A stretch of DNA of 64,000 bases, from positions 60 through 64,059 of the forward strand of contig CAZAKN010000005.1 in NCBI GenBank assembly GCA_964486065.1. The letters run 5' to 3'. The stretch is from an uncultured Gammaproteobacteria bacterium. Its GTDB lineage: Bacteria > Patescibacteriota > Patescibacteriia > UBA11705 > JABHMO01. Under the pieces are notes generated by a model. That model worked only from the letters and a program-made list of their open reading frames with translations. It was not told the DNA's origin and did not search any database. Position numbers and translations under genes: made by a program. Positions 9,569-18,360 of the stretch are shown here, piece after piece (the first letter of the stretch is position 1; each line of letters starts with the position of its first letter).

Positions 9569-9588
9569 AAATAGCATAAATTATTAGT

Positions 9589-11211
9589 ATGAAGACCAAA
9601 TATCAATCCTATCAATGGAACAAATCTTTGCAGGAAAAGATCAAAAAGGCTGAATCCTTTCATATTTCTTGGCATATTTTGTTTTCAATCTTAATAATTT
9701 TAGCGGTTTCTTTTGGATTAAGAATTTTGGAACACAATTTCTTCTCGGTAAATCAAGAAAATAAACCGGAACCTTGGAACATTCAAGTGGTTTCAGCCGC
9801 GACTTTATCACATCAAGCTGAATTGACTGAGCAATCTCACAGTTTCGTGAATATTATGCCCAATGGAGGTTTTACATTTATTCTAAAATATGAAAATACC
9901 GGCGAATCTACTTGGACGCGTGAAAATGTTTATTTAAAATCATTGACCACAGCTTTAAAATTCAGACATGAATTTTGGCCGGATCCTTTTTTACCGGCAC
10001 AATTGGAAGAAGAAATCGTGGAACCGGGCGAAATCGGCACATTTAAATTCGCTTTGACCGCGCCGGGAAATTATAATGAATATAATGGCGATTTCCTGTT
10101 GGTAAATGACAATATTTTGATCAAAGGTGGCAATGTCAGCTTAACCATGAATGTAGTGGAAGATCCCGCTGCCGCGGCGGAACAACAAAAAAAGCAAGCA
10201 TCCAATCAAATATCTCAAAACAATCTAACTATTAAAAATGTATGTACTCTAAGTTTAAATCCGGAAATTTTAAGTGTAGCCAGTGCATTGTCGGGCAACG
10301 AAGCCCTGGATAATGTAAGTTGTGTAGAGAAATTTTCCCTTCCGGAGAAAGGTCCCGATATCAGGGTCGGGCTTTTTCACTCGGAAGATCCCATTACCAT
10401 TAAAAACGACCACGCTTGGCAAGTTTACGATAAAAACGACAAATTGCTCGCTTCCGTGCCAAAGGATGTGGAATTGACCTTTCATTACCTTGAAGAAAAA
10501 ACGGAATATGTATTTGATTTTATTGACCGAACCGTTCGTACGGATTCTTATTTGAAATTTAATAATTTTAATGATGGAATGTTTACGGTAACCAGTTACG
10601 AAGATAGACCATCTTGGAACACCTCCATCAATTATAATGATTTTATCGGCGATCTGGAGATGCGACATAATGATTCCAAAGATCGCACTTGGTTGATTGA
10701 AATTTTACCGCTGGAAGATTATGTTGCGGGAATTAAGGAAACTTCCAATTATGATCCGGCGGAATATTTGAAAACCATGGCCGTAGCGGCTCGCACCTAT
10801 GCCATGTATCATCATAACAAAGGAACCAAACACGCGAATGAATATTTTGATGTTGATTCATATTACGATCAAGTTTACAAAGGATATGTGGCTTCTCTTG
10901 TTCTACCAAATCACGCTCAGGCCGTAGCCGATACCAGAGGCATTGTCGCCACTTATGATGATAATTTAATCGTAGCGGCCTACTTTTCACGCAGTGACGG
11001 TAGAACTCGCAGTTTCAAAGAAGTTTGGTACAATGATGTTCCGTATTTAATTTCTGTGCCAACTCCTTATACCGCAGATATGGAGCTTTGGGGGCATGGT
11101 GTCGGCATTGACGCTACCGATGCGCGTGCGCATGCAAAACATGAAGATTGGACTTATGATCAGCTTTTGAAATACTATTACACCGGCATTGATTTGGAAC
11201 AAATTTATTAA
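9589..11211 (+). CDS. SpoIID/LytB-domain cell-wall protein with N-terminal TM and Ig-like domain
   Basis: LPLEDYVAGIKE..LKTMAVAARTYA..DQVYKG..GHGVG..LLKYYYTG. Confidence 0.85.
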   Translation: MKTKYQSYQWNKSLQEKIKKAESFHISWHILFSILIILAVSFGLRILEHNFFSVNQENKPEPWNIQVVSAATLSHQAELTEQSHSFVNIMPNGGFTFILKYENTGESTWTRENVYLKSLTTALKFRHEFWPDPFLPAQLEEEIVEPGEIGTFKFALTAPGNYNEYNGDFLLVNDNILIKGGNVSLTMNVVEDPAAAAEQQKKQASNQISQNNLTIKNVCTLSLNPEILSVASALSGNEALDNVSCVEKFSLPEKGPDIRVGLFHSEDPITIKNDHAWQVYDKNDKLLASVPKDVELTFHYLEEKTEYVFDFIDRTVRTDSYLKFNNFNDGMFTVTSYEDRPSWNTSINYNDFIGDLEMRHNDSKDRTWLIEILPLEDYVAGIKETSNYDPAEYLKTMAVAARTYAMYHHNKGTKHANEYFDVDSYYDQVYKGYVASLVLPNHAQAVADTRGIVATYDDNLIVAAYFSRSDGRTRSFKEVWYNDVPYLISVPTPYTADMELWGHGVGIDATDARAHAKHEDWTYDQLLKYYYTGIDLEQIY

Positions 11212-11358
11212 TTGATAAACAATTAAATTTAATATACACGCGATGCGAAACATCGTTATCAAAGAAATTTCTCAGCCTCTCTGAGAGCTGTAACAATTCT
11301 TTTAAGTTTAAAGACCTGCTCTTTGGAAAACAAATTAAAAATTAGAATTTCACCACAA

Positions 11359-11390
11359 CAAAAGCGCCCTCGTAAGAGGGTGCTTTTATT
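11359..11390. terminator. Bidirectional intrinsic terminator
   Basis: AAAAGCGCCCTC-gtaa-GAGGGTGCTTTT. Confidence 0.8.
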
Positions 11391-11408
11391 TGAAAAAATT
11401 TAATTATT

Positions 11409-11951
11409 TTAATCAAACACACCGTATTTTTTTCGGTATTCGGTTACAATCAAACTGATTTGCCGTGCAACTTCAGCCGCATGCGGAATTTGTTTAAAAA
11501 TAAATCTGTTTTTCTCTCCCGCGGTTTGAATCATGATATCGCCGTAATTAAAAACAGTGGGAAAAAAGCCGTCCACATTGGCGGTTATATCCTGCATTCT
11601 AGCTAAATCTTTTTCAGACATCACTCGCGTAAACAGACCTTTTTGTTCAATGTTAATAATCCTTTGATCCGTTACCACCCAAACATCCAAATAGTAATCA
11701 ACAAAATTATAAAAGCTGAACATGACCACAAATAAATAGTAAGCACTGATAATCAAAGTGAAAATCGCGCGAAAACCGGACATCAATAAAAAATTGGTTA
11801 AATAATAAGTTCCCGCCCAAACCGCCAACCCGAAAACCAAAAGGAGTAAGGAAAACATAATCAATTTGGCCGCGTGTACCCAGTGACGACGCAAAAACAA
11901 CAAAACCTTTTCATTTGGTCTTTGATCGGGTATTTGATTTTTTTTATACAT
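11409..11951 (-). CDS. Bacterial PH-domain (bPH_2) membrane protein
   Basis: Two TMs, then VTDQRII..QKGLF..FNYGDIMIQTAGE. Confidence 0.8.
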   Translation of the reverse strand: MYKKNQIPDQRPNEKVLLFLRRHWVHAAKLIMFSLLLLVFGLAVWAGTYYLTNFLLMSGFRAIFTLIISAYYLFVVMFSFYNFVDYYLDVWVVTDQRIINIEQKGLFTRVMSEKDLARMQDITANVDGFFPTVFNYGDIMIQTAGEKNRFIFKQIPHAAEVARQISLIVTEYRKKYGVFD

Positions 11952-11968
11952 ATGAACTTAAATTATAA

Positions 11969-12229
11969 TTACTCAAATGATGAATTCAATAATCCGCTCA
12001 CTTCACCATACAACCTTATTTCCGCGTTCCAATCAATCTGCGCGATATAATAAAAACAAATAAACAACACGACCAAAGTAACAATGATATAGATAAAGGT
12101 CAACAAACTACCGCCAAAACTTCGGAACCCGAAACGAAACACATGATATAAATTAAAAAAAGTAAAAAATAAAAATATCAATAAGTAAACAATAAACAGT
12201 AATAAGAATACATATAAAGAAACTGTCAT
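11969..12229 (-). CDS. Small membrane protein
   Basis: Two TMs; 1 nt downstream of ruvB. Confidence 0.65.
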   Translation of the reverse strand: MTVSLYVFLLLFIVYLLIFLFFTFFNLYHVFRFGFRSFGGSLLTFIYIIVTLVVLFICFYYIAQIDWNAEIRLYGEVSGLLNSSFE

Positions 12230-12230
12230 A

Positions 12231-13265
12231 TTAAATTAAGGTATTTTCTTTTTTTATTTTTAAATGCTCGTAAGCTTTGTCGGTCGCCGTGCGACCACGA
12301 CCGGTGCGATTGATAAAACCGAGTTGCAATAAATATGGTTCATAAACATCTTCAATGGCTGACATTTCTTCAGAGGTGGAAGCGGCAATGGTGTTTAATC
12401 CGACGGGTCCGCCTTTAAATTTCTCAATTATGGTTGAGAGAATTTTACGATCTACTTGATCTAGTCCAAGTTCATCAATTTTCAGCATGTCCAAAGTTTT
12501 TTCCACTACCGAAGCGTCTATTTGCCCCTTGTTTTTCACTTCTGCGTAATCTCGCACTCGTTTCAAAAGACGGTTGGCGATACGCGGAGTTTTTCTCGCT
12601 CTTTTGGCTATCTCCAAACTGCAATCATCGGCAAACTCCACGCTTAAAATCTTGGCAGCGCGTCTGACGATCAAGTCAATATCTTCATGATTATAAAATT
12701 CCAAATGATAAACATTACCAAAACGATCACGAAGTGGAGAAGACAATTGAGACAATTTCGTGGTGGCTCCGATCAAAGTGAATTGAGGCAAATCCAATCT
12801 CAATGTGCGAGCGCTGGGCCCTTTGCCAATCACAATATCCAGCACAAAATCCTCCATGGCTGAATACAAAATTTCTTCCACCACTTTGTTCATGCGATGT
12901 ATTTCATCAATAAATAAAATATCGCCTTGTTCCAGATTGGTTAATATCGCAGCCAAATCTCCGCTTTTTTCCAAAGCCGGACCGGTAGTCACCTTTAAAT
13001 TTCCGCTCATTTCCCGAGCAATAATATGCGCCAAAGTGGTTTTGCCCAAACCGGGAGGTCCGTAAAGCAAAACATGTTCAATCGGTTCACCGCGCATTTT
13101 CGCAGCTTTCATAAAAATATCCAAATTTTCTTTAATCTGCAATTGCCCCACAAATTCATTCAAACATTGCGGTCTTAAAGTAATATCCAAAATATTTTCA
13201 CTGTTTTGCTCTTCCGGATCAACCAATCTGTTTTCATTATTTTCATTTAAATTTGACTCTATCAT
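12231..13265 (-). CDS. ruvB: Holliday junction branch migration helicase RuvB
   Basis: [36 protein letters not shown]. Confidence 0.97.
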   Translation of the reverse strand: MIESNLNENNENRLVDPEEQNSENILDITLRPQCLNEFVGQLQIKENLDIFMKAAKMRGEPIEHVLLYGPPGLGKTTLAHIIAREMSGNLKVTTGPALEKSGDLAAILTNLEQGDILFIDEIHRMNKVVEEILYSAMEDFVLDIVIGKGPSARTLRLDLPQFTLIGATTKLSQLSSPLRDRFGNVYHLEFYNHEDIDLIVRRAAKILSVEFADDCSLEIAKRARKTPRIANRLLKRVRDYAEVKNKGQIDASVVEKTLDMLKIDELGLDQVDRKILSTIIEKFKGGPVGLNTIAASTSEEMSAIEDVYEPYLLQLGFINRTGRGRTATDKAYEHLKIKKENTLI

Positions 13266-13332
13266 ATTTTGACTAAAGTTAAACCACTGCTACAATGGTT
13301 CCGTGTAATTCATTTTATCATGAAATCAAGAT

Positions 13333-13815
13333 ATGAAAAAGCAACCAAATCATAAATTAATCATTATCGCCAACCGTATTCGCAGTTTGTATAATGTGGG
13401 CGCGATTTTTCGCACTTGCGATGGCTTGGGCGTGGAAAAATTGTATTTAACCGGTTATACGGCCACCCCAAAAACAAAACCCGTACAATTAAGCAAAACT
13501 GCTCTGGGCGCGGATCAAAGCGTTCCTTGGTGTCACAGTCGCAGTCTCGGTCCAGTAATTACCAAATTAAAAAAACAAGGTTATGAAATAATCGGTTTGG
13601 AAGAGAAAGCGGGAATCAGTATTGATTATCGTGAATGGAAGCCGAATTACAAAACCGTTATTATTTTAGGCAATGAAGTAAATGGTATCTACTCTCACAC
13701 TTTGAAGCGTTGTGATAAAGTGGTTCATTTGCCCATGTCGGGCATAAAAAAAAGTCTGAATGTCAGTGTGGCTTTCGGCGCCATCGGCTACTATTGGCGA
13801 CAATTTCAAGATTGA
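13333..13815 (+). CDS. TrmH/SpoU family RNA methyltransferase
   Basis: RSLYNVGAIFRT, ILGNEVNG, SLNVSVA. Confidence 0.9.
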   Translation: MKKQPNHKLIIIANRIRSLYNVGAIFRTCDGLGVEKLYLTGYTATPKTKPVQLSKTALGADQSVPWCHSRSLGPVITKLKKQGYEIIGLEEKAGISIDYREWKPNYKTVIILGNEVNGIYSHTLKRCDKVVHLPMSGIKKSLNVSVAFGAIGYYWRQFQD

Positions 13816-13873
13816 CAAAAGAGATTTTTCCTGCTATCTTATGGTCATGTTCATTTATATAAGGAGAAGCAGA

Positions 13874-14002
13874 ATGACCCCGAAAAATCAGGAAAGAGTA
13901 CAATTCCTTTGGGAACTGAGCATTGTCTTGGTTGCCTATCCCGTAATGATCGGCGTGGCGGTGGGAAAAGCTCTTTTCGGCTGTAACGCCGATAACCGAT
14001 AA
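13874..14002 (+). CDS. 42-aa single-TM orphan peptide (SD-led unit)
   Basis: TTGACA-17-TATCTT (13812-13840), AAGGAG (13861-13866); MTPKNQERVQFLWELSIVLVAYPVMIGVAVGKALFGCNADNR. Confidence 0.5.
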   Translation: MTPKNQERVQFLWELSIVLVAYPVMIGVAVGKALFGCNADNR

Positions 14003-14024
14003 ACCTTCACCGGAGAAAGAACAC

Positions 14025-14300
14025 ATGCAAAAACCTGTTGAATTTGACTCCTCGGAAAAACCATTGACCACGGAAGAACTATTGGAGCTTCTGAAAAAAC
14101 CGGAGAGTGAAATCCCGTGCTTGGATGCCAATAAGTCACCTTGCGTTGGTTGCGAATTTGAATCTCAAGATAAAAATCTTGACCCTTGCAATCTTGATTG
14201 TCCCGAGGACATTTGTCCTCGCCTGAAAAAATATCAACAGCTCCACTTTTTGCCTTTTGGCGGACATCTTCGCCCGAGTATTTGGGAGCTCTTTATTTAA
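14025..14300 (+). CDS. Cys-rich orphan protein, possibly metal-binding
   Basis: GGAG SD; six Cys (CVGC, CNLDCPEDIC); terminator AATGCGAC..GTCGCATTTTTT at about 14312-14339. Confidence 0.55.
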   Translation: MQKPVEFDSSEKPLTTEELLELLKKPESEIPCLDANKSPCVGCEFESQDKNLDPCNLDCPEDICPRLKKYQQLHFLPFGGHLRPSIWELFI

Positions 14301-14345
14301 AACCAAAAAATCAATGCGACTATTATGTCGCATTTTTTTATTAAA

Positions 14346-14375
14346 CAAAAAAGCGATCAAATTAATCGCTTTTTT
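14346..14375. terminator. Terminator downstream of the tRNA pair
   Basis: AAAAAAGCGAT..ATCGCTTTTTT. Confidence 0.7.
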
Positions 14376-14379
14376 GTCC

Positions 14380-14466
14380 TGGTGCCTCGGGCCGGAATCG
14401 AACCGGCACGATATTGCTATCACGGGATTTTAAGTCCCGCGCGTCTACCAATTCCGCCACCGAGGC
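14380..14466 (-). tRNA. tRNA-Leu (TAA)
   Basis: GCCTCGGTGGCGGAATTGG..CTTAAAA..long variable arm..GGTTCGATTCC..CACCA. Confidence 0.95.
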
Positions 14467-14491
14467 CTATACGAAGATTTTATAAAAAAAA

Positions 14492-14567
14492 TGGAGCGGG
14501 AGACGGGACTCGAACCCGCGACCTCAACCTTGGCAAGGTTGCGCTCTACCAACTAAGCTACTCCCGC
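14492..14567 (-). tRNA. tRNA-Gly (GCC)
   Basis: GCGGGAGTAGCTTAGTTGG..TTGCCAA..GGTTCGAGTCCC..TCCA. Confidence 0.96.
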
Positions 14568-14687
14568 AAATGTTCGCGACCAATCCAATTGCCTGATTAT
14601 CAAACCACGAAACAGATTTGTTGAAAAATTATATCAAAATTTCCGCAATTGTCAATCAAAAAATTCCGACGCGAAATCAAGATCTAA

Positions 14688-15815
14688 TTATTGCTTGATC
14701 GGCATGATGATATACAGAAAGCCCGTATCTTCCTTCCCTTTAATCGTACACGGAATATTATCATCAACTAAACTTATTTCCACCAAATCTTTTCCAATAT
14801 TATTTAATCCCTCCAAAAGGTATCGGAAATTTAAAACCGTTTCATTAACTTCACCTTGATATTCAACTTCCAGCATGGTGCTACTTTCTCCGACTTGAGC
14901 GTTATTGGCTTTTATTTCCAATCCGCGTCCCGGATCAAAAATCAGATTGATATCAAATATTCCGGTTTTGGAAAAAAGCGCCACGGTTTTTACGGCTTTC
15001 AATAATTCCGCTCTGTCAATTATAACTGAAGTTTTTCTTTCCGTGGGAATAATTTGCTTATAATCTGGATATTCTCCTTCAATTAAACGAGAAATCAATT
15101 CCACTCCGCCGATATTGAATAAAATCTGATTCTCCGACAAATAAATTTCCAAATTCGTATCTTCCGCGTTTTGCTCTTTGAAGTTTCCGATTATTCGCAA
15201 GACTTCTTGCAATGTTTTGGCCGGTACTATAACTTTTTTTTCTTCCTCCGAACCCGCGACTTGCAGATTTGTTTCAGACAAACGATAGCTGTCCGTTCCA
15301 ACCAAAGTCAAATTGTTTTTTGCTTGACCGTTAAATGACATTAACACGCCACTTATTTCCGGACGACTTTCAGAAGAAGAAACTGCGAATAAAACTTGAC
15401 TGACTGCTTTTTTAAAGGCGACCAAATCAATTTTATAGGGATTGTTTTTTTCAATCTCCGGTATAACCGGAAAATCATCCGCAGCAATGCCTTTAATATT
15501 GGTTTTATGATTTAAACAATTTATTTTTAAAAAATCATCCTTACTTAATTCCAAAGAAACTTGATCATTGGGTAAAAGATTAACATATTCACTTAAAAGT
15601 TTTGATTCAACCGTAAAAATTCCCGGTTCTTCAATTTTACAACGCACATTACAACGAATACCGATTTCCAGATTAGTGGTGGCTAATTTAAGATTTCCAT
15701 CTTTTACTTCCAAAAGAACATTATTTAAAATCGGTAAGTTTAAATTTTTATTTACCAGATGTCCTACGGTTTGCAAACCGAAGTTTAAATTTTCTTGAAG
15801 GCAAGTGATTTTCAT
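14688..15815 (-). CDS. dnaN: DNA polymerase III beta clamp
   Basis: LPILNNVLL, TDSYRL, SRLIEGEYPDY, YIIMP; follows dnaA. Confidence 0.97.
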   Translation of the reverse strand: MKITCLQENLNFGLQTVGHLVNKNLNLPILNNVLLEVKDGNLKLATTNLEIGIRCNVRCKIEEPGIFTVESKLLSEYVNLLPNDQVSLELSKDDFLKINCLNHKTNIKGIAADDFPVIPEIEKNNPYKIDLVAFKKAVSQVLFAVSSSESRPEISGVLMSFNGQAKNNLTLVGTDSYRLSETNLQVAGSEEEKKVIVPAKTLQEVLRIIGNFKEQNAEDTNLEIYLSENQILFNIGGVELISRLIEGEYPDYKQIIPTERKTSVIIDRAELLKAVKTVALFSKTGIFDINLIFDPGRGLEIKANNAQVGESSTMLEVEYQGEVNETVLNFRYLLEGLNNIGKDLVEISLVDDNIPCTIKGKEDTGFLYIIMPIKQ

Positions 15816-16086
15816 ATTTATTTGTTTATTTATATTATTTAAATATATATATTAATTAATAATAATAATAAGTCTGTGGATGAAGTGGAAAACTATATGT
15901 TTTGCCATGATAAAAGGTTAAGATTCCTTTGCGGATAAGTATGTTTAAAACATTTTTAAAAGATGTGCGTAAGGTGACGAAAAAGAGGATAAGTTTTAAA
16001 GGATGGGTTATGCACAGTTTTTAGAGGATCTTTTCAACATATTTATAAAAGTTTTTCAGGCTTTTATCTACAGAATATACTCAAGA
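15816..16086. other. oriC: oriC unwinding region: AT-rich DUE, DnaA-trios and DnaA-box cluster
   Basis: (TAA)n trios then TGTGGATGA-AGTGGAAAA (15875-15892); also TGCGGATAA 15930, TTATGCACA 16008, TTTTCAACA 16031, TTATCTACA 16064; GC skew visibly flips around here. Confidence 0.85.
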
Positions 16087-17463
16087 TTAAGCGTACATTT
16101 TTTGTTTTAAAAGGTTGATTTCTTGGCGGACCTTTTCATCCAACTCTATTATTTTATTTATTTTTTCAAAGGCGTGCATGGCTGTGGTGTGATCGCGTCC
16201 GCCGAGTTCGGCGCCGATCATAGGATATGAGCAACCCATTTCTTCGCGCATTAAGTACATCATGATTTGTCTAGGGAAAGCTAAGCGTTTTTCACGACTT
16301 TTGCCGAGCAAGTCATCGTGGCTTATTTCATAAAATTCGGCAATTAAAGACATTAGTTGTTTGGGTGAAACATTACCGCCTTTTTTACTGGAATTGGAAA
16401 GTGAAAACAAAATCTTTTTTACATTTTCCAAGGTTGGGGTAATTTTGTTCAATTGATAATATGCGATTATTTTATTTAAAGCGCCTTCAAGTTCTCTAAT
16501 ATTATTTTGAATGTTTAAAGTCAGATATTGAATAATATCTCTTTCCAATTCAAATTCTTTTTCCACGCACTTCATTTCCAAAATGGCGATACGCGTTTCC
16601 AAGTCCGGTTGAGAAATATCAGCAATCATGCCCCATTCAAAACGAGTTAGCAAACGATCTTCCAGCGTGGGAATGGCTTTTGGCGGACGATCCGAGGTTA
16701 AGACAATTTGCTTTCCGCGCTGGTGTAAATCATTAAAAGTATGAAAAAAAGCTTCTTGCGTGCCTTCTTTTCCGGTTAGGAATTGAATATCGTCAATAAG
16801 TAAAACATCCGGAGTGCGATAAGTGTTGATAAAATCAGCCATTTTGCCGGAGGAAATGGAAGAAATAAAATCATTCGTAAATTTTTCACAAGTTACATAC
16901 AGAATTTTATGATTTTCATTTCGATCTTTGATTTTGTGACCAATGGCCTGCATGAGATGAGTTTTGCCCAAGCCTACGCCACCGTAGATAAATAAAGGAT
17001 TGTAGTTTTCTCCGGGTTTTTCCGCTACAGCGTGTGAAGCGGCATGCGCCAATTCATTGGCTTTGCCCACGATGAAGTTTTGAAAAATATAACGAGAATT
17101 TAGAGTTGAAGTTGTTGTTTGAAAAGAAGGTATGGATATCGTCGGTTGTTCTTTCGGTTGTTCGGAAATGGATTTTTTTAATTCGTTAGCTTGTTTTTCG
17201 TATTCTTTTTTGGTTTGAACTTTGTAAGTGATTTCTTTGACGCGATCTTCAGATTGCGTTTGGATTATTTTGTAAATTTGAGAATGATATTTTTGTTTGA
17301 GCCAAGCTTGTGAAAAAGTGTTGGGGACTCCAACGACAATGCGACCGCCGATATTTTCAATGATGAAAGTGTTTTTGAGCCAAGTGGTAAAGCTGGCTTT
17401 ACTTAAACTTAATTCCAATTCTCCGAGAACGGCTTGCCACAATTGTTCGTTTTTGTCCTCCAT
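16087..17463 (-). CDS. dnaA: Chromosomal replication initiator DnaA
   Basis: YNPLFIYGGVGLGKTHL, LLIDDIQF, RELEGAL, GGRDHTT. Confidence 0.98.
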   Translation of the reverse strand: MEDKNEQLWQAVLGELELSLSKASFTTWLKNTFIIENIGGRIVVGVPNTFSQAWLKQKYHSQIYKIIQTQSEDRVKEITYKVQTKKEYEKQANELKKSISEQPKEQPTISIPSFQTTTSTLNSRYIFQNFIVGKANELAHAASHAVAEKPGENYNPLFIYGGVGLGKTHLMQAIGHKIKDRNENHKILYVTCEKFTNDFISSISSGKMADFINTYRTPDVLLIDDIQFLTGKEGTQEAFFHTFNDLHQRGKQIVLTSDRPPKAIPTLEDRLLTRFEWGMIADISQPDLETRIAILEMKCVEKEFELERDIIQYLTLNIQNNIRELEGALNKIIAYYQLNKITPTLENVKKILFSLSNSSKKGGNVSPKQLMSLIAEFYEISHDDLLGKSREKRLAFPRQIMMYLMREEMGCSYPMIGAELGGRDHTTAMHAFEKINKIIELDEKVRQEINLLKQKMYA

Positions 17464-17749
17464 AAGTTTTTGCTTTTTATTTTTAAGATGATTGTAAATT
17501 TTGACTTTTGTATTTTAGCAATTATTGGAATTGTGGACAAGTAACGGAGAATTACACACTTTTTAAAACGCTTGTTGATAGCTTGTTGATAAAAAACATA
17601 TTGCAAAAAAAATAAAACAATATCTAAGTTTTTAAAACATGATTTTAAGCAAGACAAGATTATTGGTTTACGGTTGACAAAAATTTTCAATTTCTGTATT
17701 ATCTACTCATATTATTTTTTAATTAAGCGAAAAATTTACCATAAGCAGT
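17464..17749. promoter_or_regulatory. dnaA/rpmH divergent promoter region with DnaA-box-like sites (likely second oriC half)
   Basis: TGTGGACAA 17532, TGTTGATAG 17573, TGTTGATAA 17584; TTGACA at 17674. Confidence 0.6.
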
Positions 17750-17896
17750 ATGCCGAAAAGAACTTATCAACCGAATACTCGGAAAAAATTGAAAAAACAC
17801 GGTTTTAGAAATAGAATGAGCGATAAAAACGGTCGCCAAGTTTTGAAAAGAAGACGAGATAAAGGGCGCGCCAGCTTGAGTTCATCAGATAGATAA
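17750..17896 (+). CDS. rpmH: 50S ribosomal protein L34 (48 aa; absent from ORF track)
   Basis: [40 protein letters not shown]; divergent from dnaA. Confidence 0.96.
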   Translation: MPKRTYQPNTRKKLKKHGFRNRMSDKNGRQVLKRRRDKGRASLSSSDR

Positions 17897-17910
17897 ATTT
17901 CAATATATAA

Positions 17911-17938
17911 AATCACTCGTTTTTCCGAGTGGTTTTTT
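17911..17938 (+). terminator. Intrinsic terminator after rpmH
   Basis: AATCACTCG..CGAGTGGTT plus T-tract. Confidence 0.75.
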
Positions 17939-18055
17939 ATTTGTGTTTGACAAAGATTGTCAAAAATTGTAATTGAACAAAGGGGATTGACAAGAGATCG
18001 CGGATGTGTTTAAATAAATTAATCCTTTATTGCTTAACAAAACAAGGAGTGAACC

Positions 18056-18226
18056 ATGGAAAGGGAAAAAAATCAAAAAAGGAAAAAGCGTCGCTATTAT
18101 ACTCCTCTGGCGGAAATAAAACGACAAATGTTTCTTGATAGTTGGCTTGGACCGGGAACTTACGATGACTTCATGAAAAACCGCAGAGATGAGGATGAGC
18201 CGAAAGAAAAACAAGATGAAAATTAA
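18056..18226 (+). CDS. 56-aa charged orphan protein (SD-led unit; absent from ORF track)
   Basis: AAGGAG at 18044-18049; TTGACA at 17987; MEREKNQKRKKRRYYTPLAEIKRQMFLDSWLGPG..; terminator ACTGATTGGA..TCCAATCAGTTTTTT at 18276-18305. Confidence 0.55.
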   Translation: MEREKNQKRKKRRYYTPLAEIKRQMFLDSWLGPGTYDDFMKNRRDEDEPKEKQDEN

Positions 18227-18360
18227 TTTTGCCACAAACACGGCGTGGATTTTTCCGCATAATCTTTTTGATAAATACTGATTGGACTTTTCCAATCAGT
18301 TTTTTGTTTTTAATAATTGTTTAAATAAGCTATAATTTAATAAAATTAATACTAGATATT

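Noticed and set aside
11235-11300. c-di-GMP-I riboswitch
   Set aside because: A GAAA-containing loop is present but the GGCAAAC/GACGCAAAG core is not, and no gene follows on that strand.
14136-14624. ORFs 14325-14624(+) and 14136-14423(-)
   Set aside because: Shadow frames over tRNA-Leu, tRNA-Gly and terminators.
17409-18295. ORFs 17409-17690(-) and 17960-18295(-)
   Set aside because: They overlap the dnaA promoter region or lie antisense to the better-supported 56-aa SD-led ORF.
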